Assembly: GCA_947445035.1 (NCBI GenBank)
Contig: CANFCK010000001.1
Span: 50,044 to 114,043, forward strand
Direction: 5' to 3'
Origin: Deltaproteobacteria bacterium
GTDB taxonomy: Bacteria; Myxococcota_A; UBA796; SXON01
Length of the DNA stretch: 64,000 nt
The number at the start of each line of letters is the position of its first letter. Position 1 is the stretch's first letter. Shown here one piece after another: positions 28,601-39,486 of the stretch. Position numbers and translations under genes: made by a program. The notes under the pieces were generated by a model. That model was not told where the DNA came from, ran no database searches, and saw nothing but the letters and a program-made list of their open reading frames with translations.

Positions 28601-28955
28601 CCGGCATCCACGTGGTCTGCAGGCGCTCGCGCACGTCCTGCATGGCCGCGCCCATCGGCGTGTCCCAGTCGAACTCCAAGACCACGTCGGACAGCCCCGC
28701 GCGGCTGCGGGACTCGATCGAGACCACGCCCTCCACGGTCGAAAGCGCCTCCTCGACGGGGCGGCTGACCTGCGACTCGACCTCCTCGGGCGCCGCGCCG
28801 CTGTACTCGGTGCGCACGGTGAGGGTCGGGTAGGAGATGTCCGGCATCAGGTCGAGCGGCAGCTGCCCGAACGACACCCAGCCGAAAACGAAGACCGCCA
28901 CGGTGACCATGAGCACGGTGACCGGATGGTCGACGACCCAGCGATAGAAGCCCAT
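25662..28955 (-). CDS. RND efflux transporter permease, first subunit
   Basis: PDISYPTLTVRT, SLGGLALGVSMVIDSGTVVLE, RLRPILIT. Confidence 0.95.
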   Translation of the reverse strand: MGFYRWVVDHPVTVLMVTVAVFVFGWVSFGQLPLDLMPDISYPTLTVRTEYSGAAPEEVESQVSRPVEEALSTVEGVVSIESRSRAGLSDVVLEFDWDTPMGAAMQDVRERLQTTWMPDGIERPLILRYDPSLQPILRVALTGGGSQLQQREVAEKEVKRRLEALDGVAAVSVRGGLERLVLVEPREDWLVARGVSLDQVRATLSAENVNVAGGLVREGENEYLIRTLNEFRSIEDVRELQVVRPDGKRVRIGDVADVSEGHADREVVARLDGVASVEIEVYKEADANLVQVARQVKAALSVEGEGRLLPDGMEARVLDDQAQFVEGALDNLTSDGILGGLLAILVTFVFLRDWLTTAIISTAIPICLFATFGVMYVGDLSLNLMSLGGLALGVSMVIDSGTVVLESVQNHIDAGKSRKEAAIAGTAEVATAVFASVLTAIAVFFPIVFVEGVAGQIFGDLALTVVFSLLASLGVALIVIPMLAARQLTLSAPPARARDIASSTPRDAWATLRQRRALWRWPWALVRFVTHGILASAAVLFAVLAGWAARLGLRVLFVVLGTVNRGTVWLADRFLEQYAVAEGAFARLLDRWLNRPTRVLVVAIAGTLAAAIAFADVGAQLIPDVHQGRFTVELAMPVGTPLARTDALVQQLEARLYQLDGVEAVYAVVGTERRADAKPDEGENTARVLVELAPGGDLEAREDVAMAAIRTELLAFPKMRSRFARPALFSFHTPVEVVLYDPELSTLRTASELGLAALSEVPQLREVHSSMTAGYPEVRVRYDRQRLAALGIGVGDVARAVRAKIQGERPTRIAEGERRIDLLVRLQERDRNSVEALGAINVNPALVPEVRLDTVATVEEGEGPSEVRRIDQRRAVVLSADVAGFDLAGAAEAAETALRGAGLPAGVELEVAGQNRELETSLRSLALALVLAVFLVYVIMASTFESLRDPLVILFSVPLALVGVSVGLWVTGTPVSVVVFIGLIVLAGVVVANAIVLVDAIARLRSEGRGLDDAIREAAALRLRPILITALNSVLGLVPLALGFGEGQEMQRPLAITIIFGLASSTFLTLVVVPVIYRLAVRATEGGGGQAQSTGTA

Positions 28956-28961
28956 CCGGCG

Positions 28962-30209
28962 CTAGCCCGCGCCCGGCGTCGTGACCGCCGGGGCCTCGGC
29001 CTCCTTCTTTTCGATCAGCGGGTCGCCCGGGAGGCGGACACGAGCGTCGTCGCGGAGGGACTGGTTGCCCACGGTGACGACGATGTCGCCCGCCACCAGT
29101 CCGCTGGTCAGCTCGGTGATGGTGCCGTCGTCAAAACCAAGCTCGACCTGGACCTTGTGGGCGCGCCGATACACGCCGGGAATTTCCGGCTCTTTCTCCT
29201 CTTCCTCGGCACCGCCGAAAAGCGCTGCGAACCAGCCGCCATCGGCCTCCTCTTCGCCCTCTTTGTCGCCGTCCTTCTTCTTTTTGTCCTCGTCGGTCTC
29301 GGGCGGCGGGCCTTCCAACAGCTGGTACACGTAGGAGCGCCCTTCTTCCCAGACGACGCCGCGGCGGGGGATGGTGACCACTCCGTCGTGACGCGCGACT
29401 TCGATTGCCACGGTGACGTACTGGCCCGGGCGCAGGGCGGCCTGCCCCGGGTCCATCGCGACGGTCACGCGCACGGTTCCGGTGGCGGTATCCACGATCG
29501 GCGCGACGCGGACCACCTTCCCGGTGGCCGATACCGCGTCGTCGTAGGCGCTGACGATGCGGGCGGGCTGATCAATCGCGACGCGCGCGAGGTCGCGCTC
29601 GGGCAAAGCAACCACGACCCGCAGTCGATCCAGGTCCACGACGGTAAACGCCGGGGTTCCGCCCGCGATCTCGCCGAAATGCACGTTGCGTGCCGCAAGC
29701 ACGCCATCGATGGGGCTTTCCAGGCGGGTGAACCCCCGGGTGGCGCTGGCCTCCTGGTGGGCCGTTCGGGCCGCCGCCAACGCGCGCTGGGCGCCATCGT
29801 ATTCGGAGCGGCTCAGCGCCCCCTGGTCGAACAGCCGCTGCGCCGCCGCGGCATCGGCCTCCGTGCGCTCCAGTTCGGCGGTGGCGCGCTCATAGGCGGC
29901 ATCGAGCTGCGGCGACGCGATGACCGCGAGCAGCTGCCCCCGCGTGATGCGGTCGCCCTCTTCCACGTAGATCCCGGTGACGACGCCCGTCGCCTCCGGA
30001 ACCAGCACGGCCTGCCCCTCGCTTTCGACCGCGGCGCTGGCCAGGACGTGATCCCCTACCGCCCCGAGCGCCGCCGCCTGCACGTCCACGAGGATGCGCG
30101 GGTCGACGACCGGCTCGTCTTCCTCGTTTCCGCCCTCGCCACCTTTGCCTCTGCCGTCGCCGCCCGAACACGCCAGCAAAAGGACCACCAACGGCATGAA
30201 CGGGTGCAT
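28962..30209 (-). CDS. RND periplasmic adaptor (membrane fusion) lipoprotein
   Basis: LLLAC lipobox, VEEGDRITRGQLL, ESPIDGV, LRPGQYV; start at 30209 or 30197. Confidence 0.92.
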   Translation of the reverse strand: MHPFMPLVVLLLACSGGDGRGKGGEGGNEEDEPVVDPRILVDVQAAALGAVGDHVLASAAVESEGQAVLVPEATGVVTGIYVEEGDRITRGQLLAVIASPQLDAAYERATAELERTEADAAAAQRLFDQGALSRSEYDGAQRALAAARTAHQEASATRGFTRLESPIDGVLAARNVHFGEIAGGTPAFTVVDLDRLRVVVALPERDLARVAIDQPARIVSAYDDAVSATGKVVRVAPIVDTATGTVRVTVAMDPGQAALRPGQYVTVAIEVARHDGVVTIPRRGVVWEEGRSYVYQLLEGPPPETDEDKKKKDGDKEGEEEADGGWFAALFGGAEEEEKEPEIPGVYRRAHKVQVELGFDDGTITELTSGLVAGDIVVTVGNQSLRDDARVRLPGDPLIEKKEAEAPAVTTPGAG

Positions 30210-30305
30210 CGGCCGCTCTCCTAATCGCCGCAGCACACCATCGGGGACGCTCGCTGACGATCACTTACATTCTCGCCTCCAGGACCCGCGCTACGATCCG
30301 AACCC

Positions 30306-31154
30306 GTGCCGCTGTTGATCGACCTGCTCGCCTTTCTGCCGCTCGCGATCGCTGCCCCCGATCCGTCGTGGGTGAGCGCGCGTGATGCGCTGGTGCTGGA
30401 CGCGGGAGACTCGAAGCTCCGCGGCTGGGAAGTCAGCGATGACTGGCGCCAGCGGGTCTTGGCGATGGACGTCCGCGCTTGGCAGAATGACCGGGCGACG
30501 GCGATGTTGGCGTGGTCGGCGGCGCCCTCGGCCTACCGGGGCGCGCTCTTCCGCTTCGGCGATCCCCGCCTGCACACCCCGGCCGCGGCCGGCCCACTCC
30601 TGGCGCGCTTGGCGTGGGGGGGCGACGGCGAGCCCGTCCGCATCGCGCTTGCAGAGGCGATCGTCCACACCGGCGGCGACTGGGCTGAGGCGGTGATCTT
30701 GATGCTCCCCGACGAGCAGAGCGTGGCCGTGCGCAAGGTTTTGGTCGAGGACGGTCGCGTGGCCCCCCCTCCCTTCGCGGCCGCGTTGGTCGCCGCGGGA
30801 TTCGCCGACGAGGCCACCAGCGTTCGTGCCGCCGCCGCCCGCACCGCTCCGTGGGTGACCCCGACGAGCGCAGTGGCGCCGCGTTTGTTGGCGGCGCTGA
30901 GCGACGCGGACGCCGACGTGCGCAGCGAAGCGGCGCGGTCGGTGGGGCTTTTGGATGTCGAGGGCGCGTGGCGGCCGCTGGTGTCCCTCCTGGCCGATTC
31001 GGACGCGCGTGTGCGCCTGCAGGCGCTCAAGGCCTTGCAACGGCTCGACGCGGTCAACGCCGCGACGCTCCCCCAGATGGAAAGCCTGCGCAACGACACC
31101 GACGGCCGCGTTCAGCGGGCGGCAGCGGGCGGGTCGGGCTCATCGGGGGAGTAG
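30306..31154 (+). CDS. HEAT-repeat protein
   Basis: Repeated L.D.d..VR..AA..L units (LSDADADVRSEAARSVG, LADSDARVRLQALKAL). Confidence 0.82.
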   Translation: MPLLIDLLAFLPLAIAAPDPSWVSARDALVLDAGDSKLRGWEVSDDWRQRVLAMDVRAWQNDRATAMLAWSAAPSAYRGALFRFGDPRLHTPAAAGPLLARLAWGGDGEPVRIALAEAIVHTGGDWAEAVILMLPDEQSVAVRKVLVEDGRVAPPPFAAALVAAGFADEATSVRAAAARTAPWVTPTSAVAPRLLAALSDADADVRSEAARSVGLLDVEGAWRPLVSLLADSDARVRLQALKALQRLDAVNAATLPQMESLRNDTDGRVQRAAAGGSGSSGE

Positions 31155-31159
31155 GGGCC

Positions 31160-31540
31160 CTACGCCACCACCCCCGAAAGCGGCGAAACGCCACTCACGA
31201 ACGAGGCAGGATCGAGATCAGCGAGCACCAGGAGCGTGCCGCCGAGCGATTCCGCGCTCAGGACGGCGCCGTCGGCTGCCAGCTCGCACGTCGTCGGATC
31301 GATCGTACGACCGTACCAGTTGCTGTCCCACCCGCCGACGCTGCGCCCGACGTCGTTCTGGGCGTGGGTGTCCCACCCGTTGGCGCCGCTGTCGGCCTGC
31401 AGGGTCACGCAGCGCGAGACGCCGAGCGAGAGCGCGGCGTCGGGGGAGCCGGCGGGACGGAGGCGCGCGGCAGCGCGGCGGGCGAGCCAGCGGTCCACGA
31501 GGCTTTCGCTGGGCCGCCGAGGACCAGGCCTGGGTGAACT
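31160..31540 (-). pseudogene. DUF1501-family remnant with internal deletions
   Basis: SRCVTL...GWDTHAQND motif joined directly to a C-terminal-like GRSVGG...LGGTLLVLADLDP; only about 120 aa, no N-terminal region. Confidence 0.55.
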
Positions 31541-31556
31541 TCTGGTGTCGCCCGAC

Positions 31557-32081
31557 CTACCGATACTGGGCGGTCAACTCCACGCTCTCGATCACCGCGT
31601 GGTCCCCCGCCGGGCGCACCTTCGCCACCTGCACCCGCCCGTCCATGACCGCCATCACCACCAGCGCCTCGGGACCGAGCACCGAGCCCGGCGAGACCAC
31701 GATCTCCGAGCCGTCAGGAAGACCGAGCACCGCGCGCGGCGGCTGGGCTTGCGCCATGGTGCTCACCAGCCGCACCGGGAACTGGCCGACACCGGCCACG
31801 ACGGATGACACGGGCACCTCCGAGGGCGCGCGCGCAGCGACAGCGACGGCGGCGTCCACGGGGTCGAGCGCGCCTCCGTCCTCCTCGTCCTCGCCTGCAC
31901 CTTCCCCCGACATCTCCTCGCTGCTGATCCGGAACGGCTCCGGCTCGGCGAACCGCGGATCAGCGGCCCCTGTCGCGACCACCGGCGGGGCGGGGGCCGC
32001 CACGGATGCAGGCGAGAAGACACTTCCGGAGGTCGGCATCGACTCGCAGGCACCCAGGAGTAGCCAGAACATCCGTGTCAT
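31557..32081 (-). CDS. Lipoprotein with PilP-like C-terminal domain
   Basis: LLLGAC lipobox; RLVSTM...PRAVLGLPDGSEIVVSPGSVLG resembles the PilP/GspC HR domain. Confidence 0.6.
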   Translation of the reverse strand: MTRMFWLLLGACESMPTSGSVFSPASVAAPAPPVVATGAADPRFAEPEPFRISSEEMSGEGAGEDEEDGGALDPVDAAVAVAARAPSEVPVSSVVAGVGQFPVRLVSTMAQAQPPRAVLGLPDGSEIVVSPGSVLGPEALVVMAVMDGRVQVAKVRPAGDHAVIESVELTAQYR

Positions 32082-32113
32082 GTAATCTGCCGAGGGTGTG
32101 TTAGGGGCGGAGC

Positions 32114-33988
32114 ATGCCGGGGATCGGGCGGGAGATCACCGTCAGCACCAACGAGCCGCCCACCGTCGAGGTGGTGCTGATGCCCCCGAACTCGCCGTTT
32201 GCGGCGACGATCGGCCAGATTGCGCTCGGCCTGGGCGCCGTGCTGGTACGGCCGGACTGCGTGATGTCGCCCGAAATCGCGGTGCGAATTGTGGTCGTCG
32301 ACCTCACACGCATCACGACGCCCGCCCGGCTGAACAACCGATGCATCGTCATCTCGGACGACGTCGGGTTCACGGCATGGGACGTGATCCCTCCGGATGA
32401 GGTGTCCACCCGCCTGCCGCGCGCCCTGCGCAACCTCGTGGACATCGAGATTCTCCGCACGCGCGCCGAAGGCGAACGGGAAACGATCGCGGTCCTCAAC
32501 AAGATCGGGTACGCGCTCTCCGCGATCACCGACCGCACCAAGCTCCTGGACGAGCTGCTCACCCACAGCCGACGCGCACTGCGCGCAGACGGCGCCAGCA
32601 TCTACCTCATCGACGAAAGCTCGGCGGGTTCGGATGCGACGTTGGGCGGGGCGAGGGTGGGGCGCACCATCCGGTTCTCGGCCGCACAGAACGACACGGT
32701 CCCGTTCTTCCCGCCCCGCGCCGTGCTCCCGGTGGACGACTCGAGCCTCGTCGGTTTTGTGGCCAACCGCGCCCTTCCGATGAACATTCCCGACTTCCGC
32801 GCGCTCCCCAAGGAAGTGCCCTACCGTCCTTCCGGCGGGTTCGACCGGGCGACCGGCTACCAGACCCGTTCGGTCATGGTGGTGCCGCTGATGGACCGAG
32901 ACGGTCGGGTCATCGGCGTCCTGCTTTTCGTCAATCACAAGCCGGTCGCGGGCATTCCGCTGGCCACCTTCGACCGGGTCAGCGCGTTTTCAGACCGGCA
33001 TCTCGCGCTGGCGCGGTCGGTCGCGTCGCAAGCCGCGGTCGCACTTGAAAACTATAGGCTCTATCGGGAAATCACCATGCTCTTCGACGGTTTTGTCGAG
33101 GCATCCGTCACCGCGATCGAGGCGCGGGACCCCTCCACCGGCGGGCACTCGCACCGGGTGGCGCAGCTCACCGACCTCCTGGCCCGGGAGGTCACCGAAA
33201 GCACCGAAAAACCGTTCACGCACGTGCATTTCAACGCCCGGGAGCTGACCGAGCTGCACTACGCGGCGATGCTGCATGACTTCGGAAAGGTCGGCGTACG
33301 AGAGGAGGTGCTGCTCAAAGCCGCTCGCCTGCACCCTTGGGAGCTGGCCCAGATCGAACAACGCTTTCGCGTCGCGTCGCTTCATGCCCAACTCGAAGCC
33401 ATCAAGGAGCACTCGCCGCCCGACATGCTCCCGGGGCGCCTCCGCCAGTTGCAAGAGGACCTCACGCTCGTCCGGCGCCTCAATCGACTCGGCCGCGTGG
33501 GCGAGCCCGAGGGCGTCGCGATCCGCGCGGTCGCCGAACGCTGGCGCCTGAGCGAGGCGGAGCCGGTGCTTCACGCCCGGGAAGTGCGTCGGCTGTGCAT
33601 TCCGCATGGCACTCTCGATCCGGACGAACGCCTGGAGATCGAGCGCCACGTCGAGCACACCTACCGCTTCCTGCGGGTCATTCCCTGGACGCGCGAGCTT
33701 CGGAACGTGCCCACGCTCGCCTATGCCCATCACGAGAAGCTCGACGGCACCGGTTACCCGCGCCGCCTGCGCGGTGAGGCGATCCCCTACGGCGCGCGGC
33801 TGATGACCGTCGCCGACATCTTCGACGCGTTGACCGCCGGCGATCGGCCGTACAAGGGCGCGATGTCGCCCGAAAAGGCGATTCACATCCTCCGCACCGA
33901 GGCCAGCGCGGGCAAAGTGATGTCCGAGGCCGTCGAACTGTTGAACACGCGGCGTTTGTGGACACAAATCGTCGAACCCGGCAGCTGA
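32114..33988 (+). CDS. GAF + HD-GYP cyclic-dinucleotide phosphodiesterase
   Basis: GAF (TGYQTRSVMVVPL), GHSHRVA, HDFGK, HHEKLDGTGYP, ADIFDALT..RPYK. Confidence 0.92.
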   Translation: MPGIGREITVSTNEPPTVEVVLMPPNSPFAATIGQIALGLGAVLVRPDCVMSPEIAVRIVVVDLTRITTPARLNNRCIVISDDVGFTAWDVIPPDEVSTRLPRALRNLVDIEILRTRAEGERETIAVLNKIGYALSAITDRTKLLDELLTHSRRALRADGASIYLIDESSAGSDATLGGARVGRTIRFSAAQNDTVPFFPPRAVLPVDDSSLVGFVANRALPMNIPDFRALPKEVPYRPSGGFDRATGYQTRSVMVVPLMDRDGRVIGVLLFVNHKPVAGIPLATFDRVSAFSDRHLALARSVASQAAVALENYRLYREITMLFDGFVEASVTAIEARDPSTGGHSHRVAQLTDLLAREVTESTEKPFTHVHFNARELTELHYAAMLHDFGKVGVREEVLLKAARLHPWELAQIEQRFRVASLHAQLEAIKEHSPPDMLPGRLRQLQEDLTLVRRLNRLGRVGEPEGVAIRAVAERWRLSEAEPVLHAREVRRLCIPHGTLDPDERLEIERHVEHTYRFLRVIPWTRELRNVPTLAYAHHEKLDGTGYPRRLRGEAIPYGARLMTVADIFDALTAGDRPYKGAMSPEKAIHILRTEASAGKVMSEAVELLNTRRLWTQIVEPGS

Positions 33989-34003
33989 GCCTGGCGCGGC
34001 GGA

Positions 34004-37000
34004 TCAGACGTTGCGGCGGTACTCTCCGCCCACTTCGTACAGGGCGTGGCTGATCTGCCCGAGGGACGCGACACGAACGGTGCGCATCAGCTCTGCGAAC
34101 AGGTTGCCGCCGTCGAGCGCCACCTGCCGCAGGCGGGCCAGCGCCTCCGGTGCGTCGGCACGGTGTTTTTGTTGGAAGGCCGCTACGGCATCGATCTGAG
34201 CTTGCTTCTCAACGGCGCTGCTGCGGCGTAGCTCGATGGTGGGCGGCTCCCAAGCGGCGCCGAGCGTGGTGGGGTCCTGAAAGGTGTTGATGCCGATGAT
34301 CGGCAAGGTACCGTCGTGCTTCTGCTCCTCGTAGAACAGCGATTCTTCCTGAATCTTTCCGCGTTGGTACTGCGTTTCCATCGCGCCGAGCACGCCCCCT
34401 CGGCTGTCGATGCGCTCGAACTCGACAAGCACGGCCTCCTCGACGAGATCGGTCAGCTCATCGACGATGAAGCTGCCCTGGAGCGGGTTCTCGTTCTTGG
34501 CCCAGCCCAGCTCCTTGTTGATGATCATCTGAATCGCCATCGCACGGCGCACGGACTCCTCTGTCGGTGTGGTCACAGCCTCGTCGTAGGCGTTGGTGTG
34601 CAAGGAGTTGCAGTTGTCGAAGAGCGCGAGGAGCGCCTGAAGACTGGTACGGATGTCGTTGAACTGAATCTCCCGCGCGTGGAGCGACCTGCCGCTGGTC
34701 TGGATGTGATACTTCAGCTTCTGACTACGTTCATCGGCGCCATACCGCTCCTTCATTGCGACGGACCAGATGCGCCGCGCCACCCGACCGATGACCGTGT
34801 ACTCGGGGTCGAGGCCATTGCTGAAGAAGAAGCTGAGGTTTGGGGCAAAGTCGTCGATCTTCATTCCGCGCGCCAGGTAGTACTCCACGAAGGTGAAGCC
34901 GTTGGAGAGCGTGAACGCCAGCTGGCTGATGGGGTTGGCCCCGGCTTCGGCGATGTGGTAGCCCGAGATGCTGACGCTATAGTAGTTGCGAACGTCGTTT
35001 TCGACGAAGTAACTCTGGATGTCGCCCATCATCCTCAGCGCAAACTCGGTCGAGAAGATGCAGGTGTTCTGCGCCTGATCTTCTTTGAGGATGTCCGCCT
35101 GGACGGTGCCGCGCACCGTTCGGAGCACATGGGCCTGAATCGCCACGTTCTCCCCCGCGTCAGGGGCTCGGCCGTGCGTTGCGAGAAAGGCGTCCACCTG
35201 CTGGTCGATCGCGGTGTTCATGTACATGGCCAGCAGCATGGGCGCTGGGCCGTTGATGGTCATGCTCACGCTGGTGTTCGCCGCGCAGAGGTCGAATCCC
35301 CCGTACAAAACCTTCATGTCGTCGAGCGTCGGCACACTCACGCCGGACTCTCCGATCTTCCCGTAGATGTCGGGCCGGATGGCAGGGTCTTCGCCGTAGA
35401 GCGTGACGCTGTCAAACGCAGTCGAGAGGCGCTTCGCGGGCTCGCCCTGACACAGGTAGTGGAACCGGGCGTTGGTCTTGGCCGGCCCTCCCTCACCCGC
35501 GAACATCCGCTTGGGGTCCTCGTTGGTGCGCTTCAACGGGAAGACACCGGCGGTGTAGGGGAAGAAGCCCGGAAAGTTCTCCAGCATCGACCACTGGACG
35601 ATGTCGCCGTCATCGGTGAATCGCGGTGTAGCGATGCGCGGGACCTTGAGCCGGCTGAGCGAGAGGCTGACCAGCGGCTGGGTGATGGCCTTGCCGCGCA
35701 CCTCGTAGGTATAGGTGTCCTGCCGGTAGCGCTCTACCAGCGGTGCGTAGGCGCCCAACAAGGTGTCGGCGTCAGCGTCGAGCGTGATGGCATCGCGCTT
35801 GTGGAGGAGTGCCACCCCCAGCTCCGGCACCTCAGCCGCGGCACGAACGAGCGCCTGGCGGCGTCGGGCACGGCTGGCGTTGTCGGCGGCGCGGCGACGG
35901 TAACCGCGGCAGGTGTCGCTGATCTCCCCGAGATACCGCTGCCGATCGGGCGGGACGATGCGCCGCCGAGGCGGGCTGGCGCGGGTGCCGGGGTCGGGGA
36001 CGGAGCTCGGGTAGGCCCGGCCGGTGTGCTCGGCGAGCTCACCCAAAAGCGCCAGGTACGCGGCGTTGACGCCCGGGTCGTTGAACTGCGAGGCGATGGT
36101 CCCGAAGACCGGCAGCGCTTCGTCAGGCGTAGAGAAGAGCTCGCCGTTGCGCTTGACCTGTTTGCGCACGTCCCGCAGCGCGTCCTCGCCACCACGACGC
36201 TCGAACTTGTTGACCACCACGAGGTCCGCGTGGTCGAGCATGTCGATCTTCTCGAGCTGGCTGGGCGCGCCGAACTCCGGCGTCATCACGTAGACCGCGA
36301 TGTCCGCCAGCTTGACGATGCCGGCATCGGACTGGCCGATGCCGCTGGTCTCCACAAAGATGACGTCCACCCCGGAGGCGCGGCAGATCTCGACGGCTTC
36401 AGCGGTCGCGGCGCTCAATTCCCCCTTTTCGCCGCGCGTTGCCAGCGAGCGCATGAACACGCCGTCCCCGTGGATGGCGTTCATCCGGATGCGGTCGCCC
36501 AACAAGGCGCCGCCGCTCTTCTTTCGGGTGGGGTCGATGCTGAGCACGGCGAGGCGGTGCGCCGGAAAGTCGCGCCGGTATCGACGAACCAACTCGTCAC
36601 AGAAACTCGACTTTCCAGCGCCGCCGGTGCCGGTCAAACCGATGATGGGAGCTGGGTTTTTGACGGCCAGCGCGGCGATCTGGGCCGCGGTCTCGGCCGG
36701 GAGACGATCGTTTTCGGCCAACGAGATCGCACGGGCGATGCTGCCGGCCCGACCGTGCGTCAGCCCCACCAGGACATCGCTCCCCACGCCGAGGTCGAAG
36801 TCGGACCGGCGCATCAGGTCCTCGATCATCCCCACCAGGCCCATGCGGCGGCCGTCTTCGGGACTGTAAATGCGCTCCACCCCATAGGCGTGGAGCTCCC
36901 GAATCTCTTCCGGGACGATCACCCCGCCCCCACCGCCGAAAACCTTGATGTGCCCGGCGCCGAGCTCACGAAAGAGGTCGACCATGTATCGGAAATACTC

Positions 37001-37228
37001 GTTGTGGCCGCCCTGGTACGAGCTGACCGCCACCGCCTGGGCGTCTTCCATGATCGCCGCATCGACGATCTCGCGCACCGACCGGTTGTGCCCGAGGTGG
37101 ACCACCTCGGCACCAAGGCTCTGCAAGATGCGCCGCATCACATTGATCGAGGCATCGTGCCCATCGAAGAGCGATGCCGCGGTCACGATGCGGACCGGGT
37201 TCACCGGATGGAAACGTTGGCTCTGCAC
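34004..37228 (-). CDS. icmF: Fused isobutyryl-CoA mutase/MeaB GTPase
   Basis: B12-binding [51 protein letters not shown]. Confidence 0.96.
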   Translation of the reverse strand: MQSQRFHPVNPVRIVTAASLFDGHDASINVMRRILQSLGAEVVHLGHNRSVREIVDAAIMEDAQAVAVSSYQGGHNEYFRYMVDLFRELGAGHIKVFGGGGGVIVPEEIRELHAYGVERIYSPEDGRRMGLVGMIEDLMRRSDFDLGVGSDVLVGLTHGRAGSIARAISLAENDRLPAETAAQIAALAVKNPAPIIGLTGTGGAGKSSFCDELVRRYRRDFPAHRLAVLSIDPTRKKSGGALLGDRIRMNAIHGDGVFMRSLATRGEKGELSAATAEAVEICRASGVDVIFVETSGIGQSDAGIVKLADIAVYVMTPEFGAPSQLEKIDMLDHADLVVVNKFERRGGEDALRDVRKQVKRNGELFSTPDEALPVFGTIASQFNDPGVNAAYLALLGELAEHTGRAYPSSVPDPGTRASPPRRRIVPPDRQRYLGEISDTCRGYRRRAADNASRARRRQALVRAAAEVPELGVALLHKRDAITLDADADTLLGAYAPLVERYRQDTYTYEVRGKAITQPLVSLSLSRLKVPRIATPRFTDDGDIVQWSMLENFPGFFPYTAGVFPLKRTNEDPKRMFAGEGGPAKTNARFHYLCQGEPAKRLSTAFDSVTLYGEDPAIRPDIYGKIGESGVSVPTLDDMKVLYGGFDLCAANTSVSMTINGPAPMLLAMYMNTAIDQQVDAFLATHGRAPDAGENVAIQAHVLRTVRGTVQADILKEDQAQNTCIFSTEFALRMMGDIQSYFVENDVRNYYSVSISGYHIAEAGANPISQLAFTLSNGFTFVEYYLARGMKIDDFAPNLSFFFSNGLDPEYTVIGRVARRIWSVAMKERYGADERSQKLKYHIQTSGRSLHAREIQFNDIRTSLQALLALFDNCNSLHTNAYDEAVTTPTEESVRRAMAIQMIINKELGWAKNENPLQGSFIVDELTDLVEEAVLVEFERIDSRGGVLGAMETQYQRGKIQEESLFYEEQKHDGTLPIIGINTFQDPTTLGAAWEPPTIELRRSSAVEKQAQIDAVAAFQQKHRADAPEALARLRQVALDGGNLFAELMRTVRVASLGQISHALYEVGGEYRRNV

Positions 37229-37268
37229 GGCTACCCCGACCAGGGCCGCGATCTAACCAGCGTGACGG

Positions 37269-38459
37269 CTACGGGGGCGGCTCTTCCCCGGTGTCAGGCA
37301 TCATCGGCGGCGGCTGGCACGATGCCATCGCGTAGATGGCCGAGCCGATGTCGATGGCAGTGCCAGCGGCGCCGGTGGAGAGCTCGTAGGGCACGACCGA
37401 CGTTCCCTCACCCGACCAGACGCTCGGCTGGGCGATCGCCAGCAAGTCGCCGGTGGTCCCGGTGGTGAGGGTGCCAATGGACGTGCCGTCGCCAATGTAG
37501 TGGGTGACGGTGACGACGCCGCTGGCCTGGGTCGCGATCCAGACCGTGCCGTCGCTGCCGCCCCCGGTCATCCCGACGAAGGTTTGCCCGGTGAGGTCCA
37601 GCACCACGCCGCCGCTGGCAAGGGTGCTGACGTCGAACACTTCCAGCATGGCGCCGACGCTCCCGTGCGGTTCCAGCGCCATGAGCACGCCCGCCGCAGT
37701 GCCCACGCTGTCACGACCGGCGTTGCCGCCGGCGATGCGCCCGCTGCTGGCGATCGAGCCGCTTCCCGAGAAGTCGAGCACAGCGACGCCGCTGGATTCG
37801 TAGACGCCAGACGTGCGATTCACCCGGGCCACGACCGCGGCCACGCCAGTCGGGCCGGACCCAAAGCTCATCACGTCAGGGTTGCCGTCGCCATCGGCCA
37901 ACGAGGAGAGATCGATGCTGGCGGACGCCGCTCCCGCGTCGTTGAAGCCCACGACCGACGCGCTGCCCGTGCCGCCGAACCAGGTGTTCGGTGACTGGTA
38001 ATAGACGGCCTGCGGCGCAAAGCCGGCGTCCAGCGTCAAGGTCTTGGCCACCGTCTTTTCGCGTGAATTGATCCCGACGGCAGAATCACCCATGATCCAG
38101 ACGAACTGCCCTGCGCACCCCAGGGTGTCCGTCGGCGACGCCGTGAGCCCGCTGACGACGGCGGACGTACCGGCGCTGGGGTCGATCAAGTGCACTTCCG
38201 CGCCACCAGCCCCGTCATCGGCCAGGACCACGACTGTGGGCGGGCCGAAGTAGCCGCTTTCCGGGATGGGCGGGTTGGTGTCCGCCGTGTCGCCGGTTTC
38301 CCCGGTATCGGTGCCGGTATCCGTGCCGGTATCGGAATCGGTGCCCGTGTCCGAGGTGTCGGCCGTATCCGCCGAGTCTTTTCCCGAGGTGTCCGTTGTG
38401 TCGCCGTCACAGCCGAGAACGAGGACGAGAGGCAGAATCAAGAGCTTGGTGCGGTGCAT
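37269..38459 (-). CDS. Lipoprotein with Asp/Thr-rich linker and probable beta-propeller
   Basis: MHRTKLLILPLVLVLGC lipobox; DTADTSDTGTDSDTGTDTG linker. Confidence 0.8.
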   Translation of the reverse strand: MHRTKLLILPLVLVLGCDGDTTDTSGKDSADTADTSDTGTDSDTGTDTGTDTGETGDTADTNPPIPESGYFGPPTVVVLADDGAGGAEVHLIDPSAGTSAVVSGLTASPTDTLGCAGQFVWIMGDSAVGINSREKTVAKTLTLDAGFAPQAVYYQSPNTWFGGTGSASVVGFNDAGAASASIDLSSLADGDGNPDVMSFGSGPTGVAAVVARVNRTSGVYESSGVAVLDFSGSGSIASSGRIAGGNAGRDSVGTAAGVLMALEPHGSVGAMLEVFDVSTLASGGVVLDLTGQTFVGMTGGGSDGTVWIATQASGVVTVTHYIGDGTSIGTLTTGTTGDLLAIAQPSVWSGEGTSVVPYELSTGAAGTAIDIGSAIYAMASCQPPPMMPDTGEEPPP

Positions 38460-38592
38460 GTGGTCTCCAGCGGCCACGACGCTAACCTGAAAAGCCTCCC
38501 ACCCGCAGTTCCATCGGTCAAGGATGTGCTGGGAGAGCGGCCGGCTGGCTCAGGGCCGGCATTCGGGGTAAGGCCGCCGCCCGGGAGGGTGG

Positions 38593-39486
38593 ATGGTCCA
38601 GAGCCGTCCGGACTGGCTCAAAGTCAAGATGCCTGGCGGCGACCGGTACAACCGGATCAAAGCCCGGGCTCGCGAATTGCGCCTGCACACCGTGTGCGAA
38701 GAAGCCCGCTGCCCAAACGTTGGGGAGTGCTGGGGCGGAGGCACAGCCACGTTCATGGTGCTCGGCGACACCTGCACCCGTGGCTGCCGTTTCTGCGCGG
38801 TGATGACCGCGCGCAACCCCCCGCCGCCCGACGCGGCCGAGCCCGCTAATCTAGCCGATGCCATCGCTGAGATGGAGCTCGACTTCGTGGTGGTGACCAG
38901 CGTCAACCGCGACGACCTGCTCGACCAGGGGGCTGGGCACTTCGCGGCCTGCATCACCGCCTCGCGGGCCCGCAGTCCGCGCACGCTCGTCGAGGTCCTG
39001 ATCCCCGATCTGCGCGGTGACACCACGCTCTTGGACGTGATCCTGGCCGCGCGTCCCGATGTCCTGGCGCACAACGTCGAGACTGTGCCGCGGCTGCAGC
39101 TCCCCGTGCGCGACCCGCGCGCCTCCTGGTCGCAGTCCCTCGCCATCCTGGCCCACGCCAAGTCGCGCGGCGCGCTCACCAAGACCTCGATCCAGATCGG
39201 CCATGGTGAGACAGAGCGCGAGGTTCTCGACGCCATGCGGGAGCTTCGCGGCATCGACGTCGACTTCATCACCTTGGGGCAGTACCTGCGTCCAACACCC
39301 GCCCACCTCGCGGTCACCGAGTTCGTCACGCCGGAAGTCTTCGCGCGCTACGAGGCAGCCGGCCTGGCGATGGGCTTCCGTTACGTCGCGAGCGGGCCGC
39401 TCGTTCGATCCTCCTACAAGGCCGGTGAATACTTCATGCGCGACCTCATCCGGGCCCGTTCCGCCGTCCCGCAAGGGGACGCATGA
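38593..39486 (+). CDS. lipA: Lipoyl synthase
   Basis: CEEARCPNVGEC, CTRGCRFC, HNVETV, RSSY. Confidence 0.97.
   Translation: MVQSRPDWLKVKMPGGDRYNRIKARARELRLHTVCEEARCPNVGECWGGGTATFMVLGDTCTRGCRFCAVMTARNPPPPDAAEPANLADAIAEMELDFVVVTSVNRDDLLDQGAGHFAACITASRARSPRTLVEVLIPDLRGDTTLLDVILAARPDVLAHNVETVPRLQLPVRDPRASWSQSLAILAHAKSRGALTKTSIQIGHGETEREVLDAMRELRGIDVDFITLGQYLRPTPAHLAVTEFVTPEVFARYEAAGLAMGFRYVASGPLVRSSYKAGEYFMRDLIRARSAVPQGDA

Noticed and set aside
34316..37468. 1050-aa plus-strand ORF
   Set aside because: Antisense shadow of icmF, typical of high-GC DNA; no recognisable motifs. The same applies to other long Arg/Pro/Ala-rich ORFs such as 2576-4948, 47541-49502, 49237-51738 and 62343-63911.
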